Shown here piece by piece: positions 5,455-14,177 of a stretch of DNA of 16,226 bases (within the stretch, counting starts at the first letter, position 1; each line of letters begins with the position of its first letter). The translations under genes were made by a program, and so were the position numbers. This stretch comes from Chthonomonadales bacterium (lineage in GTDB: Bacteria > Armatimonadota > Chthonomonadetes > Chthonomonadales > Chthonomonadaceae). The notes beneath the pieces were generated by a model that was not told the DNA's origin, made no database searches, and saw only the letters and a program-made list of their open reading frames with translations. The DNA is taken from the NCBI GenBank assembly GCA_038217285.1, contig JBBQPO010000136.1, positions 1-16,226 of the forward strand, read 5' to 3'.

Positions 5455-7332
5455 ATGGCTGTGCGTACCGGTATCCGTTATGAAATTCCCCGTCAGCGTG
5501 TCTGGGTCGTGTTCGGCACGATCCTATTCTGCTATGTGGGGCTGGTCTTCCGTCTGCTCTGGCTGCAGGGCCGTGAAGGCATGACTCTCCGGGCAGAGGC
5601 CGCCGCCCGCCGTCGGCACAAGATCGAGCTTCCCACCCAGCGTGGCTCCATCTGCGCCAGCGACGGCAGCCCGCTCGCGGTCAGCCTCTACTCCGGCAAA
5701 CTCAGCTTCGACCCCGGCGCCCTGCGCCCCGTTATGAACGATACCCGCCAGGCCGAGCGCGCCGAACGCAAGATGAACGCGGCGATCCTCTACCTCGCGC
5801 CGCTGCTGAATCTGCCGCCCGAACAGCTCGCGGCCACCGTCGGCGCGGCCCGCCAGAACTATCAGTTTCACCCGCATGCGAAGGGCGTCCGCGATGTCTT
5901 GATCGCCAAAGATCTGCCGCTGGAAGTCGCCGGTAACTTTCGGAACGCCCCGATCGCTTTTCCCGGCTTCAATCTGCAGGACGGCAGTCGTCGCTACTAT
6001 ACCAGCGGCGCGAATACGGCGCAGGTCGTGGGCTTCGTCGGGAGAGACGGACAGCCGCTCGGCGGACTGGAAAAAGCCTGTAGCAAATGGCTGATTGGGG
6101 AGACCGGCATCGCCTATGCCGAACAGGACGAACGCCGACGCACGATTCCGGACACTCTCCAGCGTGCCAAGCCCTCCCGAGACGGCTTGGACGTGCATAC
6201 CACGCTCGACCCGAACATTCAGCACATCGTCACGGAAGAGGCGGCCAAGATCCAGGATAAGTTCCATCCGGCCGGAATCTCCGTGGTCGTGGTCGATCCC
6301 GAGACGGGCGACGTGCTCTCTCTGGTCAGCCTGCCGAACTTCGACCCTTCCAAAAACCTGACCGACGTCTCCATCGACGCGCAGTGGGAGCGTTGCGCGA
6401 CACGTCTCTACGAGCCCGGATCGACGCTGAAAGCGCTGACCCTCGCCGCCGCCCTCGACGACGGCACGATCACGGAACACAGTTGGTTCTCCTGCAGCGG
6501 CCATTTCGCCATCGGGCGCAAGGTCATCCACTGCGCCCACAGCGAGGTGCATGGCTCGCAGAATGCCGAAGGCATTCTGAAGCACTCCTGCAACATCGGC
6601 GCGGCGCTGGTCGGCCTGAAGATGGGCGCGGAGAAGCTGCGAGGGGCCGAATCGCGATTCGGTCTGCTCGACAAACTGGAGATCGGTCTGCCGGGCCAGA
6701 AGCGTGGCTACTACTCGCTCGACAAGACCGAGAACATCGACAGTCCGGCCAAGACCGCGCGCGTGGCCTTTGGACAGTCCATTGCGACCACGCCGCTGCA
6801 TGTCGCCATGGCCTACGCTGCCATCGCGAACGGTGGCATCCTGAAAAAGCCGCGCCTGCTCACCTCCCTGAACGACAGCTCCGGGGCCGTGGTGCAGAAG
6901 TGGGAAACGCAGGTGGGCAAGACGATTTTGAAGCCCCAGACCTGCGCGGAGGTGTCGCGTATGCTGCGCGGGGTCGTGACGGAAGGCACCGGCAAAGTGG
7001 CGGCGGTTTCGGGCTATATGGTGGCCGGCAAAACAGGAACGGCGCAGAAGTACAAACCCGGCAAATACGTCGGCTCCTTCATAGGCTATCTGCCTGCCGG
7101 GTCGCGCTCGACGCCCCGCGCCGTCATTCTGGTCGCGGTAGACGAGCCGCAGGGCGCACACTATTTCGGGTCCGATGTCGCCGCCCCTGCGTTTCAAGCC
7201 ATCGCCACTCGCCTGATGCAGTACTGGCGCGTCCCCGAAGACGATCCCGGTTCGACCCAGGCGAAGACGGCGGCAGACCATATCCGCTATGGCGATCATA
7301 TACCCGCTCACCCTGCCCGCAAGCATCCCTGA
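5455..7332 (+). CDS. ftsI: Class B penicillin-binding protein (FtsI/SpoVD-like peptidoglycan D,D-transpeptidase)
   Basis: N-terminal TM, RGSI..DG.PLA dimerisation motif, SxxK (EPGSTLK), SxN (SCN) and KTG (AGKTGTAQK). No PASTA domain is evident. The ORF is open from ATG 5422; ATG 5455 has a GGGAG SD about 10 nt upstream. Confidence 0.92.
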   Translation: MAVRTGIRYEIPRQRVWVVFGTILFCYVGLVFRLLWLQGREGMTLRAEAAARRRHKIELPTQRGSICASDGSPLAVSLYSGKLSFDPGALRPVMNDTRQAERAERKMNAAILYLAPLLNLPPEQLAATVGAARQNYQFHPHAKGVRDVLIAKDLPLEVAGNFRNAPIAFPGFNLQDGSRRYYTSGANTAQVVGFVGRDGQPLGGLEKACSKWLIGETGIAYAEQDERRRTIPDTLQRAKPSRDGLDVHTTLDPNIQHIVTEEAAKIQDKFHPAGISVVVVDPETGDVLSLVSLPNFDPSKNLTDVSIDAQWERCATRLYEPGSTLKALTLAAALDDGTITEHSWFSCSGHFAIGRKVIHCAHSEVHGSQNAEGILKHSCNIGAALVGLKMGAEKLRGAESRFGLLDKLEIGLPGQKRGYYSLDKTENIDSPAKTARVAFGQSIATTPLHVAMAYAAIANGGILKKPRLLTSLNDSSGAVVQKWETQVGKTILKPQTCAEVSRMLRGVVTEGTGKVAAVSGYMVAGKTGTAQKYKPGKYVGSFIGYLPAGSRSTPRAVILVAVDEPQGAHYFGSDVAAPAFQAIATRLMQYWRVPEDDPGSTQAKTAADHIRYGDHIPAHPARKHP

Positions 7333-7385
7333 TCTCTTCGCTGTTCGTACCCACACGCGTTCGCTCCGGTTCGTGATGTGGTTTT

Positions 7386-7439
7386 GGGGCCGTGCCATCA
7401 GAAGGGTTAAATCCCAGGACGCGGCCCCTTTTTTCTTTT
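7386..7439 (+). terminator. Putative intrinsic terminator between ftsI and murE
   Basis: Stem GGGGCCGTG (7386-7394) / CGCGGCCCC (7420-7428, one G-U pair) enclosing a sub-hairpin GGG-TTAAAT-CCC, followed by TTTTTTCTTTT. Confidence 0.6.
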
Positions 7440-7533
7440 CGGAAAACCTGTCACAATAGAGTTTCCCTCTGGACCGGCTCCTCTGTCCGTTCAGGGAACC
7501 ACCGGTCTAAATCGCTTATCAAGGTAGATTCCG

Positions 7534-9075
7534 ATGCCTTCCGTTCCTCTTTTCGAACTTGTGGCGCGTGTGCCGAAAGCTGCCGTAAAGGGCGGTGCAG
7601 ATCCGGTCGTCACAGGGCTGACGCACGACTCTCGCGCCGTCAAACCGGGCGACCTCTATATATGTAAGCGCGGCGCTCATTTCGACGGGCATAGATTCGC
7701 CGCGCAGGCGCTGGCGAGTGGCGCCGCAGCCGTGGTCGTGAACCGTGGTGGGCTGGCGGAGGCGGGTGTTGTTCTGCCCGACGATGCCTGCGTGGTCGAG
7801 GTGGCCGATACCGTCCGCGCGCTGCCCCTGCTGGCCTGTGCGTTCTATGGCGATCCGTCGCGTTCCCTGCTCATGGTCGGGGTGACCGGCACCAACGGGA
7901 AGACCACCACGACCCGGATGGTGGCCGCCATTCTGCAGGCCGCCGGACGCCGTGTCGGGACGATCGGTACGCTGGGCTCGGATCTGGACGGTGTGCCGAT
8001 CCCGAGCGACCATACGACGCCGGAAGCCGATCAACTGCAGCAACTGCTGGCCCGCATGCGAGAGGGCGGCGCGGACGCCGTCGTCATGGAGGTCTCGTCA
8101 CACGCCCTGGCGCAGCATCGCACGGACGGCATCGCCTTCAGTGCGGGGATATTCACCAATCTGACGCAGGATCACCTGGACTTTCACGGCACCATGGACG
8201 CCTACTTCGAGGCGAAGGCGCGGCTGTTCTCGGAGTACCCGGTCCTCTATCCGCGCCCGGACAAGACTCCCTTCGTCGGGGTCATCAATGTGGCGGAGTG
8301 GGAGGGCAAAGATCTGGTCACGCTGGCGCGGGGCGACATCATCACCTTTACCACGTCCGACAATCCCGCCAACCTCCACGCCGAGGAGATCGACCTTGCG
8401 CCGACGGCCTCCCGATTCGTCGCGGTCTACGACAACGGCATGAAGATCACGCGCCTGCCCATCGCCCTTCCCGTTGGCGGCGCCTTTCAGGTCGGCAACG
8501 CCCTGGCAGCGATAGCAGCGACGCTGCGACTCGGCATTCCGCTGGAGACGATCGCACAGGGCCTCGCCGATCTGCCGCCCGTGCCCGGTCGTTTTGAGGC
8601 CGTTCCGACGGGCGGGCGCGGATTCAGCGTCATCGTGGACTACGCCCACACCCCGGACGGCCTGGAGAACCTGCTCCGCTCTGCCCGCGAACTGAAACCA
8701 TCGCGCCTGCTCGCCGTCTTCGGCTGCGGCGGCGACCGCGACCGCACCAAGCGCCCGATCATGGGTCGCCTGGCGGCCACACAGGCCGAAGTCGCCATAG
8801 TCACCTCCGACAACCCGCGCACCGAAGATCCGAACGCGATCCTCACCGAGATCCTGACCGGCATGGACCGCAGCGCCGATCCTGCCATCACCGCCGACAT
8901 CCATGTCGAGCCGGATCGCCGCAAAGCCATCGCTCTTGCCATCGCCCAGGCGCGGCCCGGTGACATCGTCCTGATCGCCGGTAAAGGCCACGAGGACTAT
9001 CAGATCATCGGCGACACCAAACACCATTTCGACGACCGCGAAGTCGCGACAGAAGCCTTGCAGGCCCTCCTATGA
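7534..9075 (+). CDS. murE: UDP-N-acetylmuramoyl-L-alanyl-D-glutamate--2,6-diaminopimelate ligase
   Basis: GVTGTNGKTT, HTTPEA, MEVSSHAL, FTNLTQDHLDFH, VDYAHTPD, FGCGGDRD, TSDNPRTE (DNPR indicates the DAP-type enzyme) and AGKGHE. Confidence 0.97.
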   Translation: MPSVPLFELVARVPKAAVKGGADPVVTGLTHDSRAVKPGDLYICKRGAHFDGHRFAAQALASGAAAVVVNRGGLAEAGVVLPDDACVVEVADTVRALPLLACAFYGDPSRSLLMVGVTGTNGKTTTTRMVAAILQAAGRRVGTIGTLGSDLDGVPIPSDHTTPEADQLQQLLARMREGGADAVVMEVSSHALAQHRTDGIAFSAGIFTNLTQDHLDFHGTMDAYFEAKARLFSEYPVLYPRPDKTPFVGVINVAEWEGKDLVTLARGDIITFTTSDNPANLHAEEIDLAPTASRFVAVYDNGMKITRLPIALPVGGAFQVGNALAAIAATLRLGIPLETIAQGLADLPPVPGRFEAVPTGGRGFSVIVDYAHTPDGLENLLRSARELKPSRLLAVFGCGGDRDRTKRPIMGRLAATQAEVAIVTSDNPRTEDPNAILTEILTGMDRSADPAITADIHVEPDRRKAIALAIAQARPGDIVLIAGKGHEDYQIIGDTKHHFDDREVATEALQALL

Positions 9076-10481
9076 CGGAGGGTTTGCCGCTGGCGTGGAT
9101 TGCAGAGGCCCTGCAAGCACAAGTGCATGGGGATCTCGATGCCAGCGTCTTCGGGATCTGCACCGATACACGGCGGGGGGCGGCGGGAGCGCTGTTTTTT
9201 GCGTTGCAAGGGGAGAACGCGGACGGGCATCGGTTCGTCGGGAGCGCTTTCAAAGCGGGATGTGTTGCCGCCGTCGTTGCGGAGCGCGTCGAGGGAGTGG
9301 AGGGGACGCAACTGGTTGTGCCGGACACGCTGCACGCCCTGGGCGATCTGGCGAACGCCTATCGAAGGCAGTTCGACATTCCGGTCGTAGGAATCACGGG
9401 CAGCGTCGGGAAGACCTCGACCAAGGAGATGCTCGTCGCCGTGCTGCGGACGCAGTATCGTGTTCTGGCGAGCGAGAAGAACTATAACAACGAGATCGGG
9501 GTGCCGCTGACGCTGTTCGGGCTGCGTCAGGAGCATCAGGTCGCTGTTATCGAGATGGGAATGCGCGCTCTCGGAGAGATCGACCGACTGGCGGAGATCG
9601 CGGAGCCGACGATAGGCGTCATCACCAATATCGGCCATGCGCATATCGAGCGCCTGGGTTCGCGGGAGGGCATCGCGCAGGCCAAGGCGGAGCTGCTGCG
9701 GCGTCTGCCGGACGATGGTATCGCGGTGCTGATGGAGCCGGAGTTTTTGCCCTATCTTCGGGAGCGCGTTCCGGCGGGAACTCGGATCGTTTCGTGCGGA
9801 TTTGGGGACGTCTCCAACGCCGATGTCGTTGCTCTCAACCAGGACGGCCGTGAGAGGGAGCCGCTGCGGGTTCGCATGGAAGGCGCGGAGTTTTCGGTTC
9901 CACTGAAGGCCGTGGGGACGCATCACCATGCCAACGCCCTGCTGGCCCTGGCGGTGGCGCGCGTTTTGAACGTTCCTCTTCCGGAGGCGATTGCCGCCTT
10001 GAGCGCCTGGGAGGGAGCCGAAGGACGGATGGTCGCGCGGAAGACGCCGGACGGCATGACGATCCTGGACGACTGCTATAACGCCGGCCCCGAAAGCATC
10101 ACTGCGGCCCTCGCGACGCTGCGACAGTTGGCAGGAAGCGGAGGCGTGGCGATCCTGGGCGATATGCGAGAGATGGGCGACTATGCCGCCGGGCTGCACT
10201 ACCAACTGGGACCGAGGATCGTCGAGGCGCAGTTGCGCCTGCTCGTCACGGTCGGAGAGTCGACGCCGGAGATCGTACGCGGAGCCCGTGCCTATGCGGC
10301 GGAGCATCAGGCCGCGCTGCCGCATCTGCAGCACTTTGCGACGACGGAGGCGGCTGCGGCCCATATTCGGGAGTTGGTTCATACCGGGGATACGGTGCTG
10401 GTGAAAGGTTCGCGGGCGATGGAGATGGAGCAGATCGTGGCGGTATTGACGGGGGAGGCGGTGCAGGGCGGACATGATTAG
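9072..10481 (+). CDS. murF: UDP-N-acetylmuramoyl-tripeptide--D-alanyl-D-alanine ligase
   Basis: GITGSVGKTSTKEM, NYNNEIGVPLTL, EMGM, DDCYNA, LGDMREMG and VLVKGSR. ATGA overlap with the murE stop. Confidence 0.97.
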   Translation: MTEGLPLAWIAEALQAQVHGDLDASVFGICTDTRRGAAGALFFALQGENADGHRFVGSAFKAGCVAAVVAERVEGVEGTQLVVPDTLHALGDLANAYRRQFDIPVVGITGSVGKTSTKEMLVAVLRTQYRVLASEKNYNNEIGVPLTLFGLRQEHQVAVIEMGMRALGEIDRLAEIAEPTIGVITNIGHAHIERLGSREGIAQAKAELLRRLPDDGIAVLMEPEFLPYLRERVPAGTRIVSCGFGDVSNADVVALNQDGREREPLRVRMEGAEFSVPLKAVGTHHHANALLALAVARVLNVPLPEAIAALSAWEGAEGRMVARKTPDGMTILDDCYNAGPESITAALATLRQLAGSGGVAILGDMREMGDYAAGLHYQLGPRIVEAQLRLLVTVGESTPEIVRGARAYAAEHQAALPHLQHFATTEAAAAHIRELVHTGDTVLVKGSRAMEMEQIVAVLTGEAVQGGHD

Positions 10482-11523
10482 TCTCGTCATCGGGTTCTTC
10501 GTTGCATTTTTGCTCGCAGCCTTGCCGGGACGAAAAGTCATCGAGATGCTGCGGAATCTGAACGCCAAACAGAACGTCAGCGCGGATGCCCCGGCTTCGC
10601 ATGGCAAGAAGCAGGGCACGCCGACGATGGGCGGCCTCCTGATCCTCTTCGCGCTGACCGGAACCGTTCTAGGCATCGGACTGCCCATGCAGTGGGGCCA
10701 GCATCGCCACTCCGTCGAGGACTACACGCTGCTGCCGCTGCTTTTCATGACGCTGGCCTTTGGAGCGATCGGCTTTGTGGACGACTATCTGAGCGCCAAA
10801 CGCGGCAGGAACCTGGGGCTGAGGGCCCGAGAGAAGCTGGCGGCACAGTTCTTCGTAGCGATCGGATTCGTGCTCTGGATGGCAGGAACCGCGCACTCGG
10901 GTACGACGACGTATGTCACCCTGACGCCCTCAGTCGTGACCAACGCGCTGGCGCGGGACGCCTGGACCATAGACCTGGGCTGGATGTACTATGTGCTCGC
11001 CGCGATTTTCATGGTCGGATTTTCGAATGCCACCAATATCACGGATGGCCTGGACGGCCTCTCCTCCGGCCTGACGATTTTGATCAGTCTGGCGCTGGCG
11101 GCGCTGGTCTGGGTGATCTATCCGTCGCTGGCGCTTTTCGCGGTGGCGCTGGCGGGCGGGCTGGCAGGCTTCCTCTGGTGGAACGCCTATCCGGCGAAAG
11201 TTTTTATGGGCGATACGTGTTCGCTGGCGCTCGGAGCGGGACTGGCAGGCGCGGCGATGCTCGGCAAGCAGGAGGTCGGCCTCATCGTCGCCTCCCTCGT
11301 CTGCTGGGCGGAGCTGATATCGGTCGTGATTCAGGTTTCAGTGTTCAAGTGGCGCAAACGCAAGCACGGCCTCGACTATGCCAAAGCGCACCGCGTCTTC
11401 CGGCGCACGCCTCTGCACCACCATTTCGAGGAGAGCGGCTGGCCGGAAACGCAGGTCGTCGCCCGGTTCTGGCTCGCAGGACTGCTCTGTACGGCCCTGG
11501 CGCTGCTCTGGAGCCGGAATTAG
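10474..11523 (+). CDS. mraY: Phospho-N-acetylmuramoyl-pentapeptide transferase
   Basis: KQGTPTMGG, GFVDDY, NITDGLDGL, VFMGDT and PLHHHFE, with multiple TM segments. Confidence 0.97.
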   Translation: MISLVIGFFVAFLLAALPGRKVIEMLRNLNAKQNVSADAPASHGKKQGTPTMGGLLILFALTGTVLGIGLPMQWGQHRHSVEDYTLLPLLFMTLAFGAIGFVDDYLSAKRGRNLGLRAREKLAAQFFVAIGFVLWMAGTAHSGTTTYVTLTPSVVTNALARDAWTIDLGWMYYVLAAIFMVGFSNATNITDGLDGLSSGLTILISLALAALVWVIYPSLALFAVALAGGLAGFLWWNAYPAKVFMGDTCSLALGAGLAGAAMLGKQEVGLIVASLVCWAELISVVIQVSVFKWRKRKHGLDYAKAHRVFRRTPLHHHFEESGWPETQVVARFWLAGLLCTALALLWSRN

Positions 11524-11558
11524 ACAGGATGAACAAGATTTACAGGATTAACAGGATT
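11523..11558. repeat. Nonamer tandem repeat, 4 imperfect copies of NACAGGATT
   Basis: GACAGGATG AACAAGATT TACAGGATT AACAGGATT fills the mraY-murD gap. Confidence 0.85.
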
Positions 11559-13023
11559 GACTAAGCTGGCAGGCAAATCGTCATCGTCTTTTTCAGAAGA
11601 GTTCCGTGGTCGTCGCATCAGCGTCATTGGCGCGGCACGGAGCGGCGTGGCGGCGGCGCGGGTATTGACGTTGCTGGGGGCGCAGGTCTTGCTTTCCGAC
11701 AGTGCCGTCGCGGAGCGAATCGGGGCCGAACGTCTGGTGGAGATCGCGGCGACGGGAGCGCGGTTTGTGGCGGGTGCAGAGGCAGAAGCGGCTCTGCCGC
11801 CTGACACGGAACTGGTCGTTACCAGTCCGGGTGTGCCGCGTTCTGCCGGTGTGCTGCAGGAGGCTGTTCGGCGTAAAATCCCGATCTGGTCGGAGGTGGA
11901 GTTGGCCTATCGGCTTGCGGAGGCTCCGCTGATCGCCGTGACCGGGACCAACGGTAAGACGACCACGACCCTGCTTATCGCCGCCATGCTGCAGCAGTCG
12001 GGCCTGAGTCCGCTGGTCGCCGGGAACATCAGCGCGGACGAGATTAAGCAGGCGCTCGTAGACGCGGCGTTCCGCACATCGCCCTTCGCGCCTGCGGCGG
12101 AGAGAGTGGAAGGCCGTCCGATCCTGGTGGCGGAGATCAGCAGCTTTCAGTTGGAGTGGGTCGAGCGGTTCGCGCCTCGGGTGGGGGTACTGACCAACAT
12201 CACGCCCGACCACCTGAATCGCTACGACGGCTTCGAGGACTATGCCGAAACGAAGGCGCGACTCTTCGCGGCGCAGGGGCCGGACGACTGGGCTATCGTC
12301 AACTACGACGACCCGACGACGCGGCGTATCGGCGAGAGCGGCTTGCCCGGCCGACGCCTCTGGTTCACGACGCAGAATCCTTTCGGGGCGGACGGTCCAC
12401 TGGCCTGGGTTTCGGAGGAGAGTGTGCAGGTACGGCTGCAGGAGGGCGGAGAGCCGAATCTTATTTTGCCGCACCGCGAGTTCTCTCCGGCCCTGCCAAG
12501 TCGCCATAGCGTGGAAAACGTACTCGCTGCCGCCGCAGCCGCGCTGACAATGGGCGCGGCTCCAGAGGCGATTGCGGAGGCGGTGCATACTTTCGCGGGC
12601 GTGGCGCACCGGATGGAGTTTGTGCGCGATGTCGTGGGCGTGCGGTATGTGAACAACTCGATGTGTACCAATGTGGCGGCGGCGGTCAGCTCACTGCAGT
12701 CGCTGGATCGCCCCGGCGTGATCATTATGGGCGGGGCGGACAAGGGCCTGGATTTCGCGCCCCTGGTCCCGGCTCTGCACAAACATGCGCGACAGGTGTT
12801 CCTCATCGGGCAGGCATCGGAGAAGATGGAGCGCTTGTTTCGTGCCGGGGGCTACCACACCATTGTACGCGCCGAGACCCTGGAAGAGGCGGTTCAGGGG
12901 GCAAGCGTGGTCGCACGGGGGGGCGAGACGGTGCTGCTCTGCCCGGCGTGCGCCAGTTTCGATATGTTCCGGGATTTTGAAGAGCGTGGCGCGGCGTTTC
13001 GCCGGGCCGTCCAAACCTTTTAA
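11557..13023 (+). CDS. murD: UDP-N-acetylmuramoyl-L-alanine--D-glutamate ligase
   Basis: IGAARSG, TSPGVP, AVTGTNGKTTTT, EISSFQLE, NITPDHLNRY, HRMEFV, GGADKG and PACASFDMF. The TTG start is uncertain. Confidence 0.95.
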   Translation: MTKLAGKSSSSFSEEFRGRRISVIGAARSGVAAARVLTLLGAQVLLSDSAVAERIGAERLVEIAATGARFVAGAEAEAALPPDTELVVTSPGVPRSAGVLQEAVRRKIPIWSEVELAYRLAEAPLIAVTGTNGKTTTTLLIAAMLQQSGLSPLVAGNISADEIKQALVDAAFRTSPFAPAAERVEGRPILVAEISSFQLEWVERFAPRVGVLTNITPDHLNRYDGFEDYAETKARLFAAQGPDDWAIVNYDDPTTRRIGESGLPGRRLWFTTQNPFGADGPLAWVSEESVQVRLQEGGEPNLILPHREFSPALPSRHSVENVLAAAAAALTMGAAPEAIAEAVHTFAGVAHRMEFVRDVVGVRYVNNSMCTNVAAAVSSLQSLDRPGVIIMGGADKGLDFAPLVPALHKHARQVFLIGQASEKMERLFRAGGYHTIVRAETLEEAVQGASVVARGGETVLLCPACASFDMFRDFEERGAAFRRAVQTF

Positions 13024-13034
13024 GGAGAACGCGC

Positions 13035-14174
13035 GTGGTGCGACAGCAGACCGTTCGTCTAAAACTTCCCGTCGATGTGCTGCTCTTCGGGACGATGCTG
13101 GCCCTCATTGTGATCGGGTTGCTTATGGTGGTGGACTCGAGCTATGTCAAGACGCTCGACAGTCTCCGCACAGGTCACGACGCCTACTTCGATCTGAAGA
13201 AACAGATGGGGGGTGTGCTGATCGGGCTGGCCGCGATGGGGACCGTCATGCGTATCGGCTACTGGCGACTGAAGCAGTGGGCCGTTCCTCTTGTGGTGAT
13301 TGGAGCCGTTCTGTTGTTGGCCGTTTGGGTGCCGCATATCGGGCAGCACGATAACAACGCCTCACGCTGGATACGGCTCGGCATTCGCTTTCAGCCTTCC
13401 GAAATAGCGAAGCTCACCCTGCTGCTCTACGTCGCCGCACAGTTGGCACGTCCGGCCTGCAAGATTCGGCACCTGACGGAAGGGCTGGGTCCAACCCTGT
13501 GCGTCACCGCTTTTTATCTGGTCGCGATCGAGCGAGAGCCCGATCTCGGCACAGCATGCGCGCTGTTCTTTGCGGTGTTGTCACAGCTCTTTCTGGCCGG
13601 GGCGCGACGGCGGCATATCGCGCTCATCGTGGCGGTCTGCAGTCTGGCCATCTTCTTCTTCGTAGGCATGAGCAAGCACCGTCAGGCAACCATCGCGGTC
13701 TTTATGAATCCGGGCAAGTATCGGCAGGACATCGGCTATCAGGTCTACGTGGCGCGCCTGGCGGTCGGCTCCGGCGGATGGACCGGCATGGGTGTCGGAC
13801 AGGGACGAGAAAAGTCGTACCTTCCGGAGAGTGACACCGACTTCATCTTTGCGACGATGGCGGAGGAGCTTGGCTTCGTCTGGACCCTGCCCATTCTCGG
13901 CCTACTCATCCTGATCGGTGGGCGTGGTTTCTGGATCGCCTTCAACACCAAGGACCGGTTCGGCCAGATCCTCGCGGGCGGCATCGCCTCGCTCATCAGT
14001 TGGCAGGCCTTGATCAATATCGGCGTCGCTACCGGGGCCATTCCGGCTACCGGAGTGCCGCTGCCCTTCATCAGCTTCGGATCGACCTCCCTGGTCACCC
14101 TGATGGTCGGCATCGGCCTGCTGCTCAATATCGCCCAGCACCCCGTCCCGCCGACCCTGGCGCTGGAGAAGTAG
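13035..14174 (+). CDS. ftsW: SEDS-family peptidoglycan glycosyltransferase FtsW
   Basis: GTG start with AGGAG SD. Motifs SRWIRLG.RFQPSEIAK, EPDLGT, GYQ, GSGGWTGMGVGQG, YLPESDTDFIF, EELG and TGVPLPFISFG. Confidence 0.95.
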   Translation: MVRQQTVRLKLPVDVLLFGTMLALIVIGLLMVVDSSYVKTLDSLRTGHDAYFDLKKQMGGVLIGLAAMGTVMRIGYWRLKQWAVPLVVIGAVLLLAVWVPHIGQHDNNASRWIRLGIRFQPSEIAKLTLLLYVAAQLARPACKIRHLTEGLGPTLCVTAFYLVAIEREPDLGTACALFFAVLSQLFLAGARRRHIALIVAVCSLAIFFFVGMSKHRQATIAVFMNPGKYRQDIGYQVYVARLAVGSGGWTGMGVGQGREKSYLPESDTDFIFATMAEELGFVWTLPILGLLILIGGRGFWIAFNTKDRFGQILAGGIASLISWQALINIGVATGAIPATGVPLPFISFGSTSLVTLMVGIGLLLNIAQHPVPPTLALEK

Positions 14175-14177
14175 GCC

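Noticed and set aside
5524..7398. 624-aa antisense ORF over the PBP gene
   Set aside because: Shadow ORF typical of high-GC codon bias, with no recognisable motifs; the sense strand is a clear PBP.
7404..7415. GGGTTAAATCCC resembling a tRNA T-arm
   Set aside because: No TTC(G/A)A loop consensus, no cloverleaf and no acceptor stem.
7497..7530. AACCACCGGTCTAA resembling part of a c-di-GMP-I riboswitch upstream of murE
   Set aside because: The GGCAAA/GAAA-tetraloop P2 and a complementary 3' strand for P3/P1 are absent.
9000..10688. 562-aa antisense ORF over murF, and similar ORFs at 3729-4970, 8098-9027 and 11593-12609
   Set aside because: All are antisense to well-conserved genes, Arg/Gln/Pro-rich and without motifs.
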